Shown: piece after piece, positions 1 to 12,530 of the stretch | How positions within the stretch are numbered: position 1 is the first letter of the stretch | How the letters are laid out: each line of letters starts with the position of its first letter | NCBI GenBank assembly: GCA_046482735.1 | Contig: JAWOEL010000060.1 | Location: forward strand, 1-49,371 | Direction: 5' to 3' | Length of the DNA: 49,371 bases | Origin: Bacteroidales bacterium | GTDB taxonomy: Bacteria > Bacteroidota > Bacteroidia > Bacteroidales > UBA1715 | Notes under the pieces: generated by a model | The model's database searches: none | Told to the model about the DNA's origin: nothing | Seen by the model: the letters and a program-made list of their open reading frames with translations, nothing else | Position numbers and translations under genes: made by a program

Positions 1-1
1 C

Positions 2-1741
2 TTTGAAATAATAGCAACACCGGAAAAACCCACTGTTGCAGATAGATATATGTGTGAGGGAGATGAAGATAAAGTGCCAACACTACAATCAGACGCACCA
101 AACACCCAGTGGCATGATACCGAAATGATATTATTAGACACAGACTATAATTATAAACCGGCATACGATAATTTACAGGTAGGAGAAAACATTTTTAATA
201 CCCGCACAGTAAAAAAAGAATGTTATAGTGATGTAGTTGAAGTATCCCTGCATATGATAGAGAAACCGAATTTTACAATCGGGGATGATATGAAGCACTG
301 TGTTTATGAATCAGTTAATCAAATTACAGCAATAGATATGTCTGAAGGGTATAGACCGGAAGAAGATAATATTCGTTGGTGGATTAATAATAAGCTATAT
401 TCTGAAAATGCAAAATCAATTACCCCTTCTGATAAGGTTGTGATGCTTGATGAGACAAGTGATGATTCGATTACGTATAAAATAAAAGCTGTATATGAAT
501 ATAAAACACCAGCATCACATCTTACCTGTTCAAGTGATCCTGATACAATAAATTACACATTATATCCACGACCATTGCCGCCATATGTAAAGCAAAAGGA
601 TCCTATTTGTGAAGTTGATGCGATACCTTCATTACACGCAGTAGGAAGTGAGAATATGAAATGGATGAGTCATGATTCGTATCCGGAAGTGTTTTATGGC
701 CAAACATATAAATTTGATTTATCGCAGGAATTAGATACAGGAGTGTATGTTTTTGACATAGTTGACTATAAAACATATACAGATGGAGTAACGTGTGAAA
801 GTGATACAACAAGTGTCTCTCAAAAAATCGCATCAACACCAGAACCTGAGATACAAGGACGTAAGCTTATGTGTATTGATGAATTTCAAGAAATGTATGT
901 AACAGATTATCATGAAGGAAGTTCGTATGATTGGACAGTAACAGGTAATAACCCTGTATATCGGTTAGATGATGTAAGTGAAAATGTTACATATGTTGAT
1001 TGGTTAGAAGTTGGATTTGATACGTTGTCGGTAGTAGAAATCAGTGAGGATAATTGTGTTGGGTACGATACAATGCTGGTGAAAATTGCAACATATCCGA
1101 CACCATCATTTGATTGGTCTTTACCAGGAGCAAGTAATACTGTATTGTTTGAAAATAATACTATACAAGATTCCGTAACAGAAAAAACAATTGATGGAAA
1201 AACAGTTAGTGAGGACGTTCCGTATGATTTATATTGGGTGTTTGATGATAATCGTCGAAATCCAGAGCCAGACACATTACATGTTTCATATGAAGATGTA
1301 AATGAGCCTATTGAATTAGGAGGATTTTTGTATGGAGATTCAGATATTTCATTATTAGCTGTTAACACATATGGTTGTAAAAACACATATAATGAAACAA
1401 TTTTTGTTGATATAGCTGCAAATTTGTTTGTGCCAAATGCTTTTGCACCAATGAATCCCGCATTAGGAGTACGATATTTTCAGCCAAAAGGTTTTGCCAT
1501 TCATACAATGGAAGTATGGGTTTTTGACAGATGGGGCAATTTGGTATGGTACTCCAATGAAGTTGATGACAAAGGAAATTTTGTGGGTAAATGGGATGGA
1601 CATTATAATGGAAAAATTCTTAAATCAGATACATATATATGGAAAATAGAAGCAGTGTTTGATGATGGACAAAAATGGAAAGGCATACCAAATAAAAGAG
1701 GTGGTTATAATAAATATGGTTCCGTAATTTTATTACGGTAA
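2..1741 (+). CDS. Large secreted protein with T9SS type-B C-terminal sorting domain (gliding motility-associated/CHU_C), 5'-truncated by window edge
   Basis: Frame is open from base 2 (FEIIATPEKPTVADRYM...). Ig/PKD-like repeats. C-terminal motifs LFVPNAFAP, VFDRWGNLVW, WDGHYNG, DTYIWKI, GSVILLR. Confidence 0.85.
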   Translation, partial: FEIIATPEKPTVADRYMCEGDEDKVPTLQSDAPNTQWHDTEMILLDTDYNYKPAYDNLQVGENIFNTRTVKKECYSDVVEVSLHMIEKPNFTIGDDMKHCVYESVNQITAIDMSEGYRPEEDNIRWWINNKLYSENAKSITPSDKVVMLDETSDDSITYKIKAVYEYKTPASHLTCSSDPDTINYTLYPRPLPPYVKQKDPICEVDAIPSLHAVGSENMKWMSHDSYPEVFYGQTYKFDLSQELDTGVYVFDIVDYKTYTDGVTCESDTTSVSQKIASTPEPEIQGRKLMCIDEFQEMYVTDYHEGSSYDWTVTGNNPVYRLDDVSENVTYVDWLEVGFDTLSVVEISEDNCVGYDTMLVKIATYPTPSFDWSLPGASNTVLFENNTIQDSVTEKTIDGKTVSEDVPYDLYWVFDDNRRNPEPDTLHVSYEDVNEPIELGGFLYGDSDISLLAVNTYGCKNTYNETIFVDIAANLFVPNAFAPMNPALGVRYFQPKGFAIHTMEVWVFDRWGNLVWYSNEVDDKGNFVGKWDGHYNGKILKSDTYIWKIEAVFDDGQKWKGIPNKRGGYNKYGSVILLR

Positions 1742-1772
1742 AATAAAAAGTATATAATATAAGCACTAATAG

Positions 1773-1822
1773 TAATACAAAAAGAGGCTGTAAATAAAAA
1801 ATACAGTCTTTTTTTTGTATTA
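1773..1822. terminator. Intrinsic (likely bidirectional) terminator
   Basis: taatacaaaaagaggctgta ... tacagtcttttttttgtatta inverted repeat with A/T tails. Confidence 0.75.
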
Positions 1823-1867
1823 AATTTCAGAAAATAAAAAAATTATGAGTTTTTTTGGTAGAATAAT

Positions 1868-1896
1868 TTTGAAATAAAAAAAATTGTATACCTTTG
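1868..1896 (+). promoter_or_regulatory. Bacteroidota sigma-A promoter of the ribosomal superoperon
   Basis: TTTG (1868-1871), 17 nt spacer, TAccTTTG (1889-1896), 50 nt upstream of rpsL. Confidence 0.7.
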
Positions 1897-1945
1897 CAAC
1901 CCATTTTTGATGAATAGAATATAAAATGATATAAGTTATAAAGTT

Positions 1946-2320
1946 ATGCCTACAATTCAACAATTAGTTAGAAAAGGAAGAAAAGAAATTGTGGAGAAAC
2001 GAAAGTCTCCGGCTTTAGATGCCTGTCCACAAAGGAGAGGTGTTTGTGTAAGAGTATATACAACAACGCCTAAAAAGCCAAATTCGGCAATGCGTAAAGT
2101 TGCACGTGTACGCTTAACAAATGGTAAAGAAATAAATGCATATATACCGGGAGAAGGGCATAAATTGCAAGAGCACTCTATAGTTTTGGTGCGTGGAGGA
2201 CGAGTGAAAGATTTACCAGGTGTGAGATATCACTTAGTACGTGGAGCTCTTGATTCTTCAGGAGTAGAAGGAAGATTGCAAGGACGGTCAAAATACGGTG
2301 CAAAAAAACCGAAAAAGTAG
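1946..2320 (+). CDS. rpsL: 30S ribosomal protein S12
   Basis: [28 protein letters not shown]. Confidence 0.99.
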   Translation: MPTIQQLVRKGRKEIVEKRKSPALDACPQRRGVCVRVYTTTPKKPNSAMRKVARVRLTNGKEINAYIPGEGHKLQEHSIVLVRGGRVKDLPGVRYHLVRGALDSSGVEGRLQGRSKYGAKKPKK

Positions 2321-2349
2321 TAATTAATTGATTTAAATAATTTTACTCA

Positions 2350-2826
2350 ATGAGAAAAAATAAACCAAAAAAACGAGTTATTTTACCAGATCCAAAATTC
2401 AACGATGTGGAAGTGACTAAGTTTGTTAATAACTTGATGCTTGATGGTAAAAAGAATGGTTCATATGAAATTTTTTATGGAGCATTACACATAATAGAAG
2501 AGAAAAAAGTGAGTGAAGAATTAGCACCACTGGAGGTTTGGAGAAAAGGTTTAGAAAATGTTACACCTTTGGTTGAAGTACGTAGTAGACGTGTTGGTGG
2601 AGCAACTTTTCAAATACCTTCAGAAATACGACCTTCACGTAGAAAATCTATAGGAACCAAAAATTTAATAAATTTTGCACGTAAGCGTTCTGGTCATTCA
2701 ATGAAAGAGCGTTTAGCTGCAGAAATTATTGCTGCATTTAATGAAGAAGGTGGGGCATTCAAAAGAAAAGAAGATACACATAGAATGGCAGAAGCAAACA
2801 AAGCATTTTCTCATTTTAGATTCTAA
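2350..2826 (+). CDS. rpsG: 30S ribosomal protein S7
   Basis: [26 protein letters not shown]. Confidence 0.99.
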   Translation: MRKNKPKKRVILPDPKFNDVEVTKFVNNLMLDGKKNGSYEIFYGALHIIEEKKVSEELAPLEVWRKGLENVTPLVEVRSRRVGGATFQIPSEIRPSRRKSIGTKNLINFARKRSGHSMKERLAAEIIAAFNEEGGAFKRKEDTHRMAEANKAFSHFRF

Positions 2827-2837
2827 ACAATAATATA

Positions 2838-4931
2838 ATGGCAAAAAAACACGATTTAAAGTATACTAGAAATATTGGAATAGCTGCACATATTGATGCA
2901 GGTAAAACTACAACTACAGAAAGAATATTGTATTATGCTGGTGTAAATCATAAATTAGGAGAAGTGCATGATGGTGCTGCTACAATGGATTGGATGTCTC
3001 AAGAACAAGAACGGGGAATTACAATTACTTCAGCAGCAACAACATGTTATTGGAAATATAAAGAACAAGATTATAAAGTAAATATAATTGATACACCAGG
3101 GCACGTAGATTTTACTGTAGAAGTAAATAGATCATTACGTATATTAGATGGCTTAGTTTTCTTGTTTTCTGCAGTAGATGGAGTAGAACCACAATCTGAA
3201 ACCAACTGGAGATTAGCTGATGGATATAATGTTACAAGATTAGGTTTTGTAAATAAAATGGATCGTCAGGGAGCTGATTTTTTAAATGTTGTGAAGCAGG
3301 TTCGTGAAATGTTAGGTGGAAACGCTATTCCATTACAGATACCAATAGGTGAAGAAAACACCTTTGAAGGAGTTGTGGATTTAGTATCAAACATTGCAAT
3401 GGTATGGAATGATGATGATATGGGGATGACATTTGAAGAAGTTCCCGTACCTGAAGAATTAAAAGATACAGTAGCAGAGTGGAGAGAGAAATTATTAGAA
3501 TCAATTGCCGAATTTGATGATTCGTTAATGGAGAAATATTTTGATGACCCGGACTCTATATCTCAGGATGAAATTATCGCAGCTTTACGCCAAGCGTGTT
3601 TATCAAATTCAATTATTCCAATGCTTTGTGGTTCTTCTTTTAAAAATAAAGGAGTACAAACAATGCTTAATTATGTGATTGAGTTGTTGCCAAGCCCTAT
3701 TGATAAAGAAGGTGTGAAAGGTATAAATCCTAAAACAGGAGAAGAAGTTGTAAGACAACCTAAAGCATCAGAACCTTTCAGTGCATTAGCCTTTAAAATT
3801 GCAACAGATCCATTTGTTGGAAGATTATGCTATTTTAGAGCATATTCAGGTCGCTTAGAAGCCGGATCATACGTATATAATACACGTAGTGATTCAAAAG
3901 AACGTATTTCGCGTATTTATCAAATGCATGCAAATAAGCAAAACCCACTTGAGTTTGTTGAAGGTGGAGATATTGCTGCGGCAGTTGGTTTTAAAGATAT
4001 TAAAACCGGTGATACCTTATGTGATGAAAAACATCCAATTGTATTGGAATCAATGATATTTCCAGAACCGGTAATTGGTCTGGCAATTGAACCAAAAACT
4101 AAAGCAGATGTTGACAAGTTAAGTAATGCGTTGGTTAAATTAGCAGAAGAGGATCCAACATTTAGTGTAAAAACTGATCATGATTCCGGACAAACTGTTA
4201 TAAGTGGTATGGGTGAGCTTCACTTGGATATAATTTTAGACAGATTGAAACGTGAGTTTAAAGTTGAATGTTCTCAAGGTGCTCCTCAGGTTAATTATAA
4301 AGAATGTATAACTCAAGAAGTAGAACATAGAGAAGTATTCAAAAAACAATCAGGTGGTCGTGGAAAATTTGCTGATATAGCAGTTAAAGTTGGTCCCGCT
4401 GATGAAGGTGAAACAGGTCTTCAATTTGAAGATTATATTAAAGGTGGAAATATACCAAAAGAATTTATACCATCGGTAGAAAAAGGATTTAAAACCGCTA
4501 TGGAAAATGGTGTAATGGCAGGATACACTGTTGAATCACTCAAAGTTCAATTAATGGATGGTGCGTATCATGATGTTGACTCTGATCAATTATCATTTGA
4601 AATTTGTGCTAAACAAGCATTTAAAGAAGCAAGTAAAAAAGCATCACCAAAATTATTAGAACCTGTAATGAAAATTGAGGTTGTAACACCTGAAGAACAC
4701 ATGGGTGACGTAGTTGGTGATTTAAACAAACGACGAGGACAAATACGAGGTATGGATTCTCGAAACAATGCGAGTGTTGTGAAAGCCTATGTGCCTTTGT
4801 CAGAAATGTTTGGGTATGTTACAGATTTACGAACAATAACATCCGGACGAGCAACGTCAACTATGGAATTTGATCATTATGAACAAGTTCCTGCAAATAT
4901 TGCAGAAACAATAATTTCAAGTAATAAATAA
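2838..4931 (+). CDS. fusA: Elongation factor G
   Basis: [28 protein letters not shown]. Confidence 0.99.
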   Translation: MAKKHDLKYTRNIGIAAHIDAGKTTTTERILYYAGVNHKLGEVHDGAATMDWMSQEQERGITITSAATTCYWKYKEQDYKVNIIDTPGHVDFTVEVNRSLRILDGLVFLFSAVDGVEPQSETNWRLADGYNVTRLGFVNKMDRQGADFLNVVKQVREMLGGNAIPLQIPIGEENTFEGVVDLVSNIAMVWNDDDMGMTFEEVPVPEELKDTVAEWREKLLESIAEFDDSLMEKYFDDPDSISQDEIIAALRQACLSNSIIPMLCGSSFKNKGVQTMLNYVIELLPSPIDKEGVKGINPKTGEEVVRQPKASEPFSALAFKIATDPFVGRLCYFRAYSGRLEAGSYVYNTRSDSKERISRIYQMHANKQNPLEFVEGGDIAAAVGFKDIKTGDTLCDEKHPIVLESMIFPEPVIGLAIEPKTKADVDKLSNALVKLAEEDPTFSVKTDHDSGQTVISGMGELHLDIILDRLKREFKVECSQGAPQVNYKECITQEVEHREVFKKQSGGRGKFADIAVKVGPADEGETGLQFEDYIKGGNIPKEFIPSVEKGFKTAMENGVMAGYTVESLKVQLMDGAYHDVDSDQLSFEICAKQAFKEASKKASPKLLEPVMKIEVVTPEEHMGDVVGDLNKRRGQIRGMDSRNNASVVKAYVPLSEMFGYVTDLRTITSGRATSTMEFDHYEQVPANIAETIISSNK

Positions 4932-4947
4932 ATATATATAATAAGGC

Positions 4948-5253
4948 ATGAGTCAAAAAATCAGAATCAAATTGAAATCTTACGATCATAATCTTGTAGA
5001 TAAATCTGCGGAAAAGATTGTGAAAACCGTTAAAACAACCGGTGCCGTTGTAAGTGGGCCGATTCCGCTGCCAACTCATAAGAGAATTTTTACTGTTTTA
5101 CGTTCAACACACGTAAACAAAAAAGCTCGAGAACAGTTTCAATTAGCATCTCACAAACGGTTATTGGATATTTATAGTAGTACATCCAAAACTGTTGATG
5201 CTTTAATGAAATTAGAGTTGCCAAGTGGAGTTGAAGTAGAAATAAAAGTGTAA
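4948..5253 (+). CDS. rpsJ: 30S ribosomal protein S10
   Basis: [17 protein letters not shown]. Confidence 0.99.
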   Translation: MSQKIRIKLKSYDHNLVDKSAEKIVKTVKTTGAVVSGPIPLPTHKRIFTVLRSTHVNKKAREQFQLASHKRLLDIYSSTSKTVDALMKLELPSGVEVEIKV

Positions 5254-5272
5254 TTATTTAAAAACTGTAAAA

Positions 5273-5893
5273 ATGCTCGGTTTAATAGGAAAAAAAGTTG
5301 GGATGACTTCCATTTTCGATGATGGAGGAAAAAATATAGCATGTACTGTTATTGAAACAGGACCATGTGTAGTTACCCACGTAAAAACGGAAGAAACTGA
5401 TGGATATTCATCTGTTCAGTTGTCTTATGATGATAAAAAAGAAAAAAACACGTCACGTGCAGAGTTAGGTCATTTCAAAAAAGCTAAAAGTACACCGAAA
5501 CGTAAAGTAATTGAGTTTAGAGATTTTGAAAAAGAAACTTCTCTTGGCGAAACTATTACAGTATCGGATATTGTTTCTGAAGGTCAATGGATTGATATAA
5601 CTGGAACATCTAAAGGTAAAGGTTTTCAAGGTGTTGTTAAAAGACATGGTTTTGGCGGTGTCGGAGAAAGCACACACGGTCAACATAACAGATTGAGAGC
5701 TCCCGGAGCTATTGGTGCTTGTTCAACACCTTCACGTGTGTTTAAAGGCATGAGAATGGCCGGACAAATGGGAGGTGACAGAGTAATGGTAGAAAATCTT
5801 GAAGTAGTCAAAGTATTACCCGAAAAGAATGTAATTGTAGTTAAGGGATGTGTTCCCGGTGCAAAAGGTGGATATTTAATAATAACGAAGTAA
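5273..5893 (+). CDS. rplC: 50S ribosomal protein L3
   Basis: [20 protein letters not shown]. Confidence 0.99.
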   Translation: MLGLIGKKVGMTSIFDDGGKNIACTVIETGPCVVTHVKTEETDGYSSVQLSYDDKKEKNTSRAELGHFKKAKSTPKRKVIEFRDFEKETSLGETITVSDIVSEGQWIDITGTSKGKGFQGVVKRHGFGGVGESTHGQHNRLRAPGAIGACSTPSRVFKGMRMAGQMGGDRVMVENLEVVKVLPEKNVIVVKGCVPGAKGGYLIITK

Positions 5894-6522
5894 TGGAATT
5901 AATTGTTAAAGATATAAAAGGAAAAGATACCGAAAAGAAAGTAACATTAGATGATTTGATTTTCGGAATTGAACCCAATGAACATGCTGTTTACCTTGAT
6001 GTAAAGACTATTTTAGCTCATAAAAGACAAGGAACGCATAGTTCAAAAGAACGAAATAGCATTAGTGGAAGTACTGCAAAGATTAAACGACAAAAAGGTA
6101 CTGGTGGTGCTCGTGCAGGTAGTTTGAAAAATCCATTATTTAGAGGTGGTGGTAGAGTATTTGGTCCACAACCACGTAATTACGATTTGAAAGTAAATAA
6201 AAAATTAAAACTTTTAGCACGTAAATCTGTCTTATCAGATAAAGCAAAAAACAATAAAATCGTAGTCTTGCAAGACTTTGATTTTGAGGAACCTAAAACA
6301 AAAAAACTTGTAGATTTGAAAGAAAATTTACAAATTAGTAATAAAAAAGTTGTTTTAGTTTTATCAAATACAAATAAAAATGTATATTTGTCCTCTCGAA
6401 ATTTACAGAACTTTCAGGTAGTAAAAGCCTCTGATATAAACACATATGATTTGATGAAGGCTGGAGTTTTAGTGTTGGTTGAGAGTTCGATAAGTGAAAT
6501 TGAACGAATTTTAAAAAAATAG
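5893..6522 (+). CDS. rplD: 50S ribosomal protein L4 (start corrected to ATG 5893, TAATG overlap with rplC)
   Basis: RQGT...RQKGTGGAR, FGPQPR. Confidence 0.97.
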   Translation: MELIVKDIKGKDTEKKVTLDDLIFGIEPNEHAVYLDVKTILAHKRQGTHSSKERNSISGSTAKIKRQKGTGGARAGSLKNPLFRGGGRVFGPQPRNYDLKVNKKLKLLARKSVLSDKAKNNKIVVLQDFDFEEPKTKKLVDLKENLQISNKKVVLVLSNTNKNVYLSSRNLQNFQVVKASDINTYDLMKAGVLVLVESSISEIERILKK

Positions 6523-6528
6523 TGTGAG

Positions 6529-6819
6529 ATGAATATACTAGAAAAACCACTTATAACAGAAAAAATGTCTGGCATAACAGAAAAATTAAACCAATATGGT
6601 TTTATTGTGTCGACAGGAGCTGATAAGGAACAGATAAAAGAAGCTGTTGAGAAAAAATATGATGTTACTGTAGTGTCTGTTAATACTATCAGATATGCAG
6701 GTAAAAGAAAATCTCGATATACAAAAAGTGGTATGATATCTGGAAAATCAAAATCTTTCAAAAAAGCAATTGTTACATTGAAAGACGGTGATCAAATAGA
6801 CTTTTATAGTAATATATAG
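6529..6819 (+). CDS. rplW: 50S ribosomal protein L23
   Basis: PLITEK, KKAIVTL; operon position. Confidence 0.98.
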   Translation: MNILEKPLITEKMSGITEKLNQYGFIVSTGADKEQIKEAVEKKYDVTVVSVNTIRYAGKRKSRYTKSGMISGKSKSFKKAIVTLKDGDQIDFYSNI

Positions 6820-6824
6820 TTGAT

Positions 6825-7649
6825 ATGACAGTAAAAAAATTAAAACCAACGACCCCGGGTCAAAGACATAAAATTGTTGCAGTTAATACAGGTATTAGTA
6901 AAATAAAACCTGAAAAATCATTACTGCAAACAATTCATAAAACTGGCGGTAGAAATAATACTGGTAAGATGACAATGCGCCATATAGGCGGTGGTCATAA
7001 ACAAAAATATCGTATTATCGATTTTAAACGAAATAAAGATAATATACCTGCAGAGGTCGTATCTATAGAATATGATCCAAACAGAAATGCGTATATTTCT
7101 TTAGTTAAATATGAAGATGGTGAAAAACGATATATTATTGCACCTCATGGTATTGAAATCGGACAGCAAGTTATGTCCGGAACCAATGCAGAACCAGAAT
7201 TAGGTTCAGCTTTGTTTTTAAAAGATATACCCCTAGGTACCATTATTCATAATATAGAATTACAACCTGGTAAAGGTGCTCAATTGGCTCGTAGTGCCGG
7301 AACATATGCACAATTATCATCTCGAGACGGAAAGTATGCAATAGTTAAATTGCCATCAGGAGAAACACGAATGGTATTGACAACCTGTAAAGCAACTGTT
7401 GGTACAGTGTCAAATTCTGATTATGCTCTTTTACGTTCTGGTAAAGCAGGACGGAGTCGATGGTTGGGCAGACGACCACGAGTTCGTGGAGTTGTAATGA
7501 ATCCTGTTGATCATCCTATGGGTGGTGGTGAAGGACGTGCGTCAGGAGGACATCCGCGTTCACGTAAAGGTTTACCGGCAAAAGGATATCAAACAAGGAA
7601 CAGAAAGAAATTTTCAAGTTCTTTAATAATTGAAAAAAGAAAAAAATAA
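6825..7649 (+). CDS. rplB: 50S ribosomal protein L2
   Basis: [20 protein letters not shown]. Confidence 0.99.
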   Translation: MTVKKLKPTTPGQRHKIVAVNTGISKIKPEKSLLQTIHKTGGRNNTGKMTMRHIGGGHKQKYRIIDFKRNKDNIPAEVVSIEYDPNRNAYISLVKYEDGEKRYIIAPHGIEIGQQVMSGTNAEPELGSALFLKDIPLGTIIHNIELQPGKGAQLARSAGTYAQLSSRDGKYAIVKLPSGETRMVLTTCKATVGTVSNSDYALLRSGKAGRSRWLGRRPRVRGVVMNPVDHPMGGGEGRASGGHPRSRKGLPAKGYQTRNRKKFSSSLIIEKRKK

Positions 7650-7669
7650 TTTAATTATAGTATACAGGC

Positions 7670-7945
7670 ATGAGTAGATCACTAAAAAAAGGACCTTTTA
7701 TAGATTTTAATTTAGAAAGAAAAATTCTAAAATTAAAAGATAGTTCGAAAAAAAGTGTTGTAAAAACATGGGCTCGTTCAAGTATGATTTCACCGGATTT
7801 TGTAGGTAATACAATAGCAGTACATAATGGTAATAAGTTTATACCTGTGTATATAACAGAAAATATGGTTGGTCATAAATTAGGTGAATTTGCACCAACT
7901 CGTACGTTTAGAGGTCATATTGGTAAAAAGAATAAGAAGAAATAA
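7670..7945 (+). CDS. rpsS: 30S ribosomal protein S19
   Basis: [20 protein letters not shown]. Confidence 0.99.
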   Translation: MSRSLKKGPFIDFNLERKILKLKDSSKKSVVKTWARSSMISPDFVGNTIAVHNGNKFIPVYITENMVGHKLGEFAPTRTFRGHIGKKNKKK

Positions 7946-7957
7946 TATCCATAGATT

Positions 7958-8368
7958 ATGAGTAACAGAAAAAAAACCAAGGCTCAAGAGATAAGTGAGA
8001 TTAATAAAACAAAAGCTTTTGCTATATTACGTAATTGTCCAACTTCTCCACGTAAAATGCGTTTAGTAGCAGATATGATACGAGGTATGGAAGTTAATCA
8101 TGCACTTGATGTTTTGAAATATTCTCCAAAAGAGGCTACCCGAAAGATTGAAAAATTAGTGTTGAGTGCTGTAAACAACTGGCAACAAAAAAACGAGAAT
8201 GAAAGATTAGAGGATAATCGGTTATATATAAAAGAAATTTTTGTTAACGAAGGAACAATGTTAAAACGTATTCAGCCGGCTCCCCAAGGACGTGCTCATA
8301 GAATACGTAAACGTTCAAATCACGTTACAGTTGTTGTAGATTCATTAAAAGTAGAAACAGAAGCTTAA
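7958..8368 (+). CDS. rplV: 50S ribosomal protein L22
   Basis: [26 protein letters not shown]. Confidence 0.99.
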   Translation: MSNRKKTKAQEISEINKTKAFAILRNCPTSPRKMRLVADMIRGMEVNHALDVLKYSPKEATRKIEKLVLSAVNNWQQKNENERLEDNRLYIKEIFVNEGTMLKRIQPAPQGRAHRIRKRSNHVTVVVDSLKVETEA

Positions 8369-8378
8369 AATATAATTC

Positions 8379-9074
8379 ATGGGACAAAAAGTAAATCCAA
8401 TAGGTAATCGTTTAGGCATCGTTAAAGGTTGGGATTCTAACTGGTATGGTGGAAGAGATTATGTTGAAAAATTACATGAAGATTATAAAATACGTCGTTA
8501 TTTATATGCGAGATTATCAAAAGCAAGTATTTCAAAAATAATAATAGAACGCACATTAAAATTAGTAACTATTACTATAAATACTGCGCGACCTGGTATT
8601 ATTATAGGAAAAGGTGGACAAGAAGTTGATAAGCTTAAAGAGGAGTTGAAGAAAATTTCTCAAAAAGAAGTTCAAATAAATATTTTTGAAATTAAACGAC
8701 CTGAATTAGATGCTATAATTGTAGCAGACAATATTGCTCGCCAATTAGAGGGAAGAGTTGCATATAGAAGAGCTGTTAAAATGTCTATAGCTTCTGCGAT
8801 GAGAATGGGAGCACAAGGTATAAAGATTCAGATTTCCGGACGTTTAAATGGTGCTGAAATGGCACGATCAGAGATGTATAAAGAAGGCAGAATTCCATTG
8901 CATACATTTCGGGCTGATATTGATTATGCTTCTGTTGCTGCACAAACTACTTATGGTAAATTAGGAATAAAAGTTTGGATTTTTAAAGGTGAATTGTATG
9001 GGAAAGTTGATTTATCTCCAAATAGCCATATTGGAAATCCCGCAAAAAAAGGAATAAGAAAACGCAAAAAATAA
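8379..9074 (+). CDS. rpsC: 30S ribosomal protein S3
   Basis: [28 protein letters not shown]. Confidence 0.99.
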   Translation: MGQKVNPIGNRLGIVKGWDSNWYGGRDYVEKLHEDYKIRRYLYARLSKASISKIIIERTLKLVTITINTARPGIIIGKGGQEVDKLKEELKKISQKEVQINIFEIKRPELDAIIVADNIARQLEGRVAYRRAVKMSIASAMRMGAQGIKIQISGRLNGAEMARSEMYKEGRIPLHTFRADIDYASVAAQTTYGKLGIKVWIFKGELYGKVDLSPNSHIGNPAKKGIRKRKK

Positions 9075-9100
9075 AATACTAATTTTATAATTATACTGCA

Positions 9101-9523
9101 ATGTTACAACCCAAAAAGACAAAATATAGGAAGCAGCAAAAAGGAAAAATGAAAGGTAATGCTAATCGTGGTAATCAATTAGCTTATGGATCATTTGGCA
9201 TAAAATCTTTGGATGAATGTTGGATAACTTCACGTCAAATAGAAGCTGCACGTATTGCTGTAACTCGTTATATGAAACGTGAAGGTCAAATATGGATACG
9301 AATATTTCCAGATAAACCTGTAACATCAAAACCTGCAGAGGTTCGTATGGGTAAAGGTAAAGGTGCTCTTTCTCATTGGGTGGCTAGAGTTTCACCAGGA
9401 CGTATGTTGTTTGAAGCAGAAGGTGTACCGTATGATATTGCTAAAGAAGCATTGCGATTAGCAGCTCAAAAACTACCTGTAACAACGAAATTTGTTGTAC
9501 GTAATGATTATGTTGAAGAATAG
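9101..9523 (+). CDS. rplP: 50S ribosomal protein L16
   Basis: [16 protein letters not shown]. Confidence 0.99.
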   Translation: MLQPKKTKYRKQQKGKMKGNANRGNQLAYGSFGIKSLDECWITSRQIEAARIAVTRYMKREGQIWIRIFPDKPVTSKPAEVRMGKGKGALSHWVARVSPGRMLFEAEGVPYDIAKEALRLAAQKLPVTTKFVVRNDYVEE

Positions 9524-9535
9524 AAAATTATAATA

Positions 9536-9730
9536 ATGAAAGCAGTAGAAATAAGAGAATTAACAACAAAGGAGTTAGAGGAAAAGTTAGAAGTTGAGAT
9601 TGATAATTTGCAAACTTTACAGTTGAATCATGCAACTTCACCTCTTGATAATCCTAATACTATAAAAGAAACGCGTAGAATTATAGCACGTATTAAGACA
9701 GTATTAAAAGAACGCGAAAAAAATAATTAA
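9536..9730 (+). CDS. rpmC: 50S ribosomal protein L29
   Basis: RRIIARIKT; position. Confidence 0.97.
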   Translation: MKAVEIRELTTKELEEKLEVEIDNLQTLQLNHATSPLDNPNTIKETRRIIARIKTVLKEREKNN

Positions 9731-9742
9731 GAATTATCTGTG

Positions 9743-9997
9743 ATGGAAAGAAATTTCAGAAAAGAAAGAATAGGTGTTGTTGTAAGTAATAAAATGGAAA
9801 AATCTATTGTTATTGCTGTTCAACGAAAAGAAAAACATCCGAAGTACGGTAAGTTTGTTAATAAAACTTCTAAATTTGTCGCTCATGATGGAAAAAATGA
9901 GTGTAAAGAAGGTGATACCGTAAAAATTATGGAAACACGTCCATTAAGTAAAAATAAATGTTGGCGTTTAGTAGAAATTATAGAAAGAGCTAAATAA
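9743..9997 (+). CDS. rpsQ: 30S ribosomal protein S17
   Basis: [16 protein letters not shown]. Confidence 0.98.
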   Translation: MERNFRKERIGVVVSNKMEKSIVIAVQRKEKHPKYGKFVNKTSKFVAHDGKNECKEGDTVKIMETRPLSKNKCWRLVEIIERAK

Positions 9998-9998
9998 G

Positions 9999-10367
9999 AT
10001 GATACAACAGGAATCTAGATTAAAAGTTGCTGACAACAGTGGTGCTAAAGAAGTTTTGTGTATTCGTGTATTAGGCGGAACGCGTAAACGATATGCATCT
10101 GTTGGAGATAAAATCGTAGTATCGGTTAAGGATGCAATACCTAATGGTAATGTTAAAAAAGGACAGGTTACGAAAGGAGTAATTGTTCGTACTAAAAAAG
10201 AAATTAACAGACCAGATGGATCATATATACGTTTTGATGACAATGCGGTTGTATTGTTGACAGAAAATGGTGAAATGCGTGGAACACGTATTTTTGGACC
10301 TGTGGGAAGAGAGTTGCGTGAAAAACAATATATGAAAATAGTTTCTCTTGCACCTGAAGTTTTATAA
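9999..10367 (+). CDS. rplN: 50S ribosomal protein L14
   Basis: [23 protein letters not shown]. Confidence 0.99.
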   Translation: MIQQESRLKVADNSGAKEVLCIRVLGGTRKRYASVGDKIVVSVKDAIPNGNVKKGQVTKGVIVRTKKEINRPDGSYIRFDDNAVVLLTENGEMRGTRIFGPVGRELREKQYMKIVSLAPEVL

Positions 10368-10384
10368 TAAAGATATAAGAAATT

Positions 10385-10708
10385 ATGCAGAAAAAATTTC
10401 ATATTAAGAAAAATGATACAGTCTTAGTGCTCTCTGGAGAGTATAAAGGGACAGAAGCTAAAGTTTTAGAAGTGTTTACTAAAACTAATAAAGCTATTGT
10501 TGAAGGTGTTAATTTGGTTTCTCGACACACAAAACCTGATGCTAAAAATCCTCAAGGTGGTATTGTGAAAAAAGAAGCACCAATACATATTTCTAACCTG
10601 ATGGTGGTAGAACCAGGTACTGGTAAACCAACTCGTATTGGTAGAAAACTAAATGAAAAAGGTAAATTAGTTAGATATTCTATAAAGACTGGGGAGGAGA
10701 TAAAATAA
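10385..10708 (+). CDS. rplX: 50S ribosomal protein L24
   Basis: KOW motif, EAPIHISN. Confidence 0.99.
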   Translation: MQKKFHIKKNDTVLVLSGEYKGTEAKVLEVFTKTNKAIVEGVNLVSRHTKPDAKNPQGGIVKKEAPIHISNLMVVEPGTGKPTRIGRKLNEKGKLVRYSIKTGEEIK

Positions 10709-11253
10709 TGGACTACAAACCAACATTACAACAAAAATATTACGACGATATTATTCCAAATTTAGTGAAAGAATTTGGGTATAAGTCTAAAATGGAAGTA
10801 CCTAAAATAACAAAGATTGTTATTAATCAAGGTATTGGAAAGGCAGTTACTGACAAAAAGTTAATTGATAATGCTATAACTGAATTAACTATGATTACTG
10901 GTCAGAAACCTGTGCCAACGTATTCAAGAAAAGATATTTCTAATTTTAAATTACGTAAAGGTATACCAATTGGTGTGAAAGTCACTTTACGTCGTGAACA
11001 CATGTATGAATTTCTTGAAAGGTTAATTGTAACTGCTTTACCACGAATTCGCGATTTTCAGGGTTTAAACTCTAAATTAGATAAAAAAGGGAATTATACT
11101 TTTGGTATTTCTGAACAGATTATATTTCCTGAAATTGATATAGATAAAATATCTCAAATTTTGGGTATGGATATCACAATTGTAACAACTGCTAATTCTG
11201 ATGAAGAAGGATTAGCTTTATTAAAAGAATTTGGAATACCATTTAAAAAATAG
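10708..11253 (+). CDS. rplE: 50S ribosomal protein L5
   Basis: [21 protein letters not shown]. Confidence 0.99.
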   Translation: MDYKPTLQQKYYDDIIPNLVKEFGYKSKMEVPKITKIVINQGIGKAVTDKKLIDNAITELTMITGQKPVPTYSRKDISNFKLRKGIPIGVKVTLRREHMYEFLERLIVTALPRIRDFQGLNSKLDKKGNYTFGISEQIIFPEIDIDKISQILGMDITIVTTANSDEEGLALLKEFGIPFKK

Positions 11254-11258
11254 TTAAT

Positions 11259-11528
11259 ATGGCTAAAGAATCAATGAAAGCACGCGAAGTAAAGCGTAAG
11301 AAATTAGTTGAAAAATATGCAAAAAAACGAGCTGAATTAAAAGCAAATGGCGATTATGAAGGATTAAGCAAATTGCCTAAAAATTCAAATCCAAATCGTT
11401 TACATAACAGATGTAGTATTACGGGAAGACCCAAAGGTTATATAAGACAATTTGGTATTAGTCGTATACAATTTAGAGAAATGGCTTCAGCTGGATTAAT
11501 TCCCGGAGTTAAAAAAGCAAGTTGGTAA
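11259..11528 (+). CDS. rpsN: 30S ribosomal protein S14 (long, zinc-independent form)
   Basis: [20 protein letters not shown]; single Cys. Confidence 0.99.
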   Translation: MAKESMKAREVKRKKLVEKYAKKRAELKANGDYEGLSKLPKNSNPNRLHNRCSITGRPKGYIRQFGISRIQFREMASAGLIPGVKKASW

Positions 11529-11551
11529 TTATATTATTATATTAAAGAATT

Positions 11552-11950
11552 ATGACAGATCCAATCGCAGATTTTTTAACAAGAATCAGAAATGCTCAAA
11601 AAGCAAGACACAAAGTTGTTGAGATACCTTCTTCACGTATGAAACAAGAAATGACAAAGGTGTTATATGATAAAGGTTATATATTGAGTTATAAATTTAG
11701 TGAAGATGAAGGAACGCAGGGTATAATTAAGATTGCTCTTAAATATAATCCAGTATCTAAAATACCTGCTATAAAATCATTACAAAGAATAAGTAAACCA
11801 GGTCTACGTAAATATGCGTCGGCTGATAACCTACCTCGTGTATTGAATGGTTTAGGTATTGCAATTTTATCTACAAATAAAGGTGTAATATCTGATAAAG
11901 AAGCTCGAAACGAGTATGTAGGTGGTGAAATATTATGTTACGTATATTAA
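11552..11950 (+). CDS. rpsH: 30S ribosomal protein S8
   Basis: [20 protein letters not shown]. Confidence 0.99.
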   Translation: MTDPIADFLTRIRNAQKARHKVVEIPSSRMKQEMTKVLYDKGYILSYKFSEDEGTQGIIKIALKYNPVSKIPAIKSLQRISKPGLRKYASADNLPRVLNGLGIAILSTNKGVISDKEARNEYVGGEILCYVY

Positions 11951-11962
11951 AAAAAAACAAGC

Positions 11963-12514
11963 ATGTCACGTATTGGTAAAGCACCCATAAATCTACCGGA
12001 TAAGGTGGAAGTGAGTTTTAAAAACTCGGAAGTTACGGTAAAAGGACCGAAAGGTGAAATGGTTCAAAAGTTTGATGAAGGTTTTACTTTGAAGGAAGAT
12101 GATGGCACAATTTATATTGAACGTCCTTCTGAATCTAAAGACCATAAATCAAAACATGGATTATATAGATCCTTAGTTAATAATATGATATTAGGCGTTA
12201 ATGATGGGTATACCATTCAATTAGAATTTGTCGGAGTTGGTTTTAGAGTTTCAGTAAAGGGACAAAATATTGATATGTCTTTAGGGTATTCTCACTCTAT
12301 TTTATTTCAATTACCTAAAGAGGTTACTGCGGAGGCAAAGTCTGAAAGAGGTACTAATCCTGTTTTAACACTTAACTCAAATGATAAGCAATTAATTGGT
12401 CAAGTTGCTGCTAAAATTCGCTCTTTACGTAAACCTGAACCGTATAAAGGAAAAGGTATTAGATTTAAAGGTGAACAAATTAAACGAAAAGCTGGTAAAG
12501 CTGCAGGTAAATAA
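11963..12514 (+). CDS. rplF: 50S ribosomal protein L6
   Basis: MSRIGK, PEPYKGKGI. Confidence 0.99.
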   Translation: MSRIGKAPINLPDKVEVSFKNSEVTVKGPKGEMVQKFDEGFTLKEDDGTIYIERPSESKDHKSKHGLYRSLVNNMILGVNDGYTIQLEFVGVGFRVSVKGQNIDMSLGYSHSILFQLPKEVTAEAKSERGTNPVLTLNSNDKQLIGQVAAKIRSLRKPEPYKGKGIRFKGEQIKRKAGKAAGK

Positions 12515-12530
12515 TATAAAATAGTGTAAA

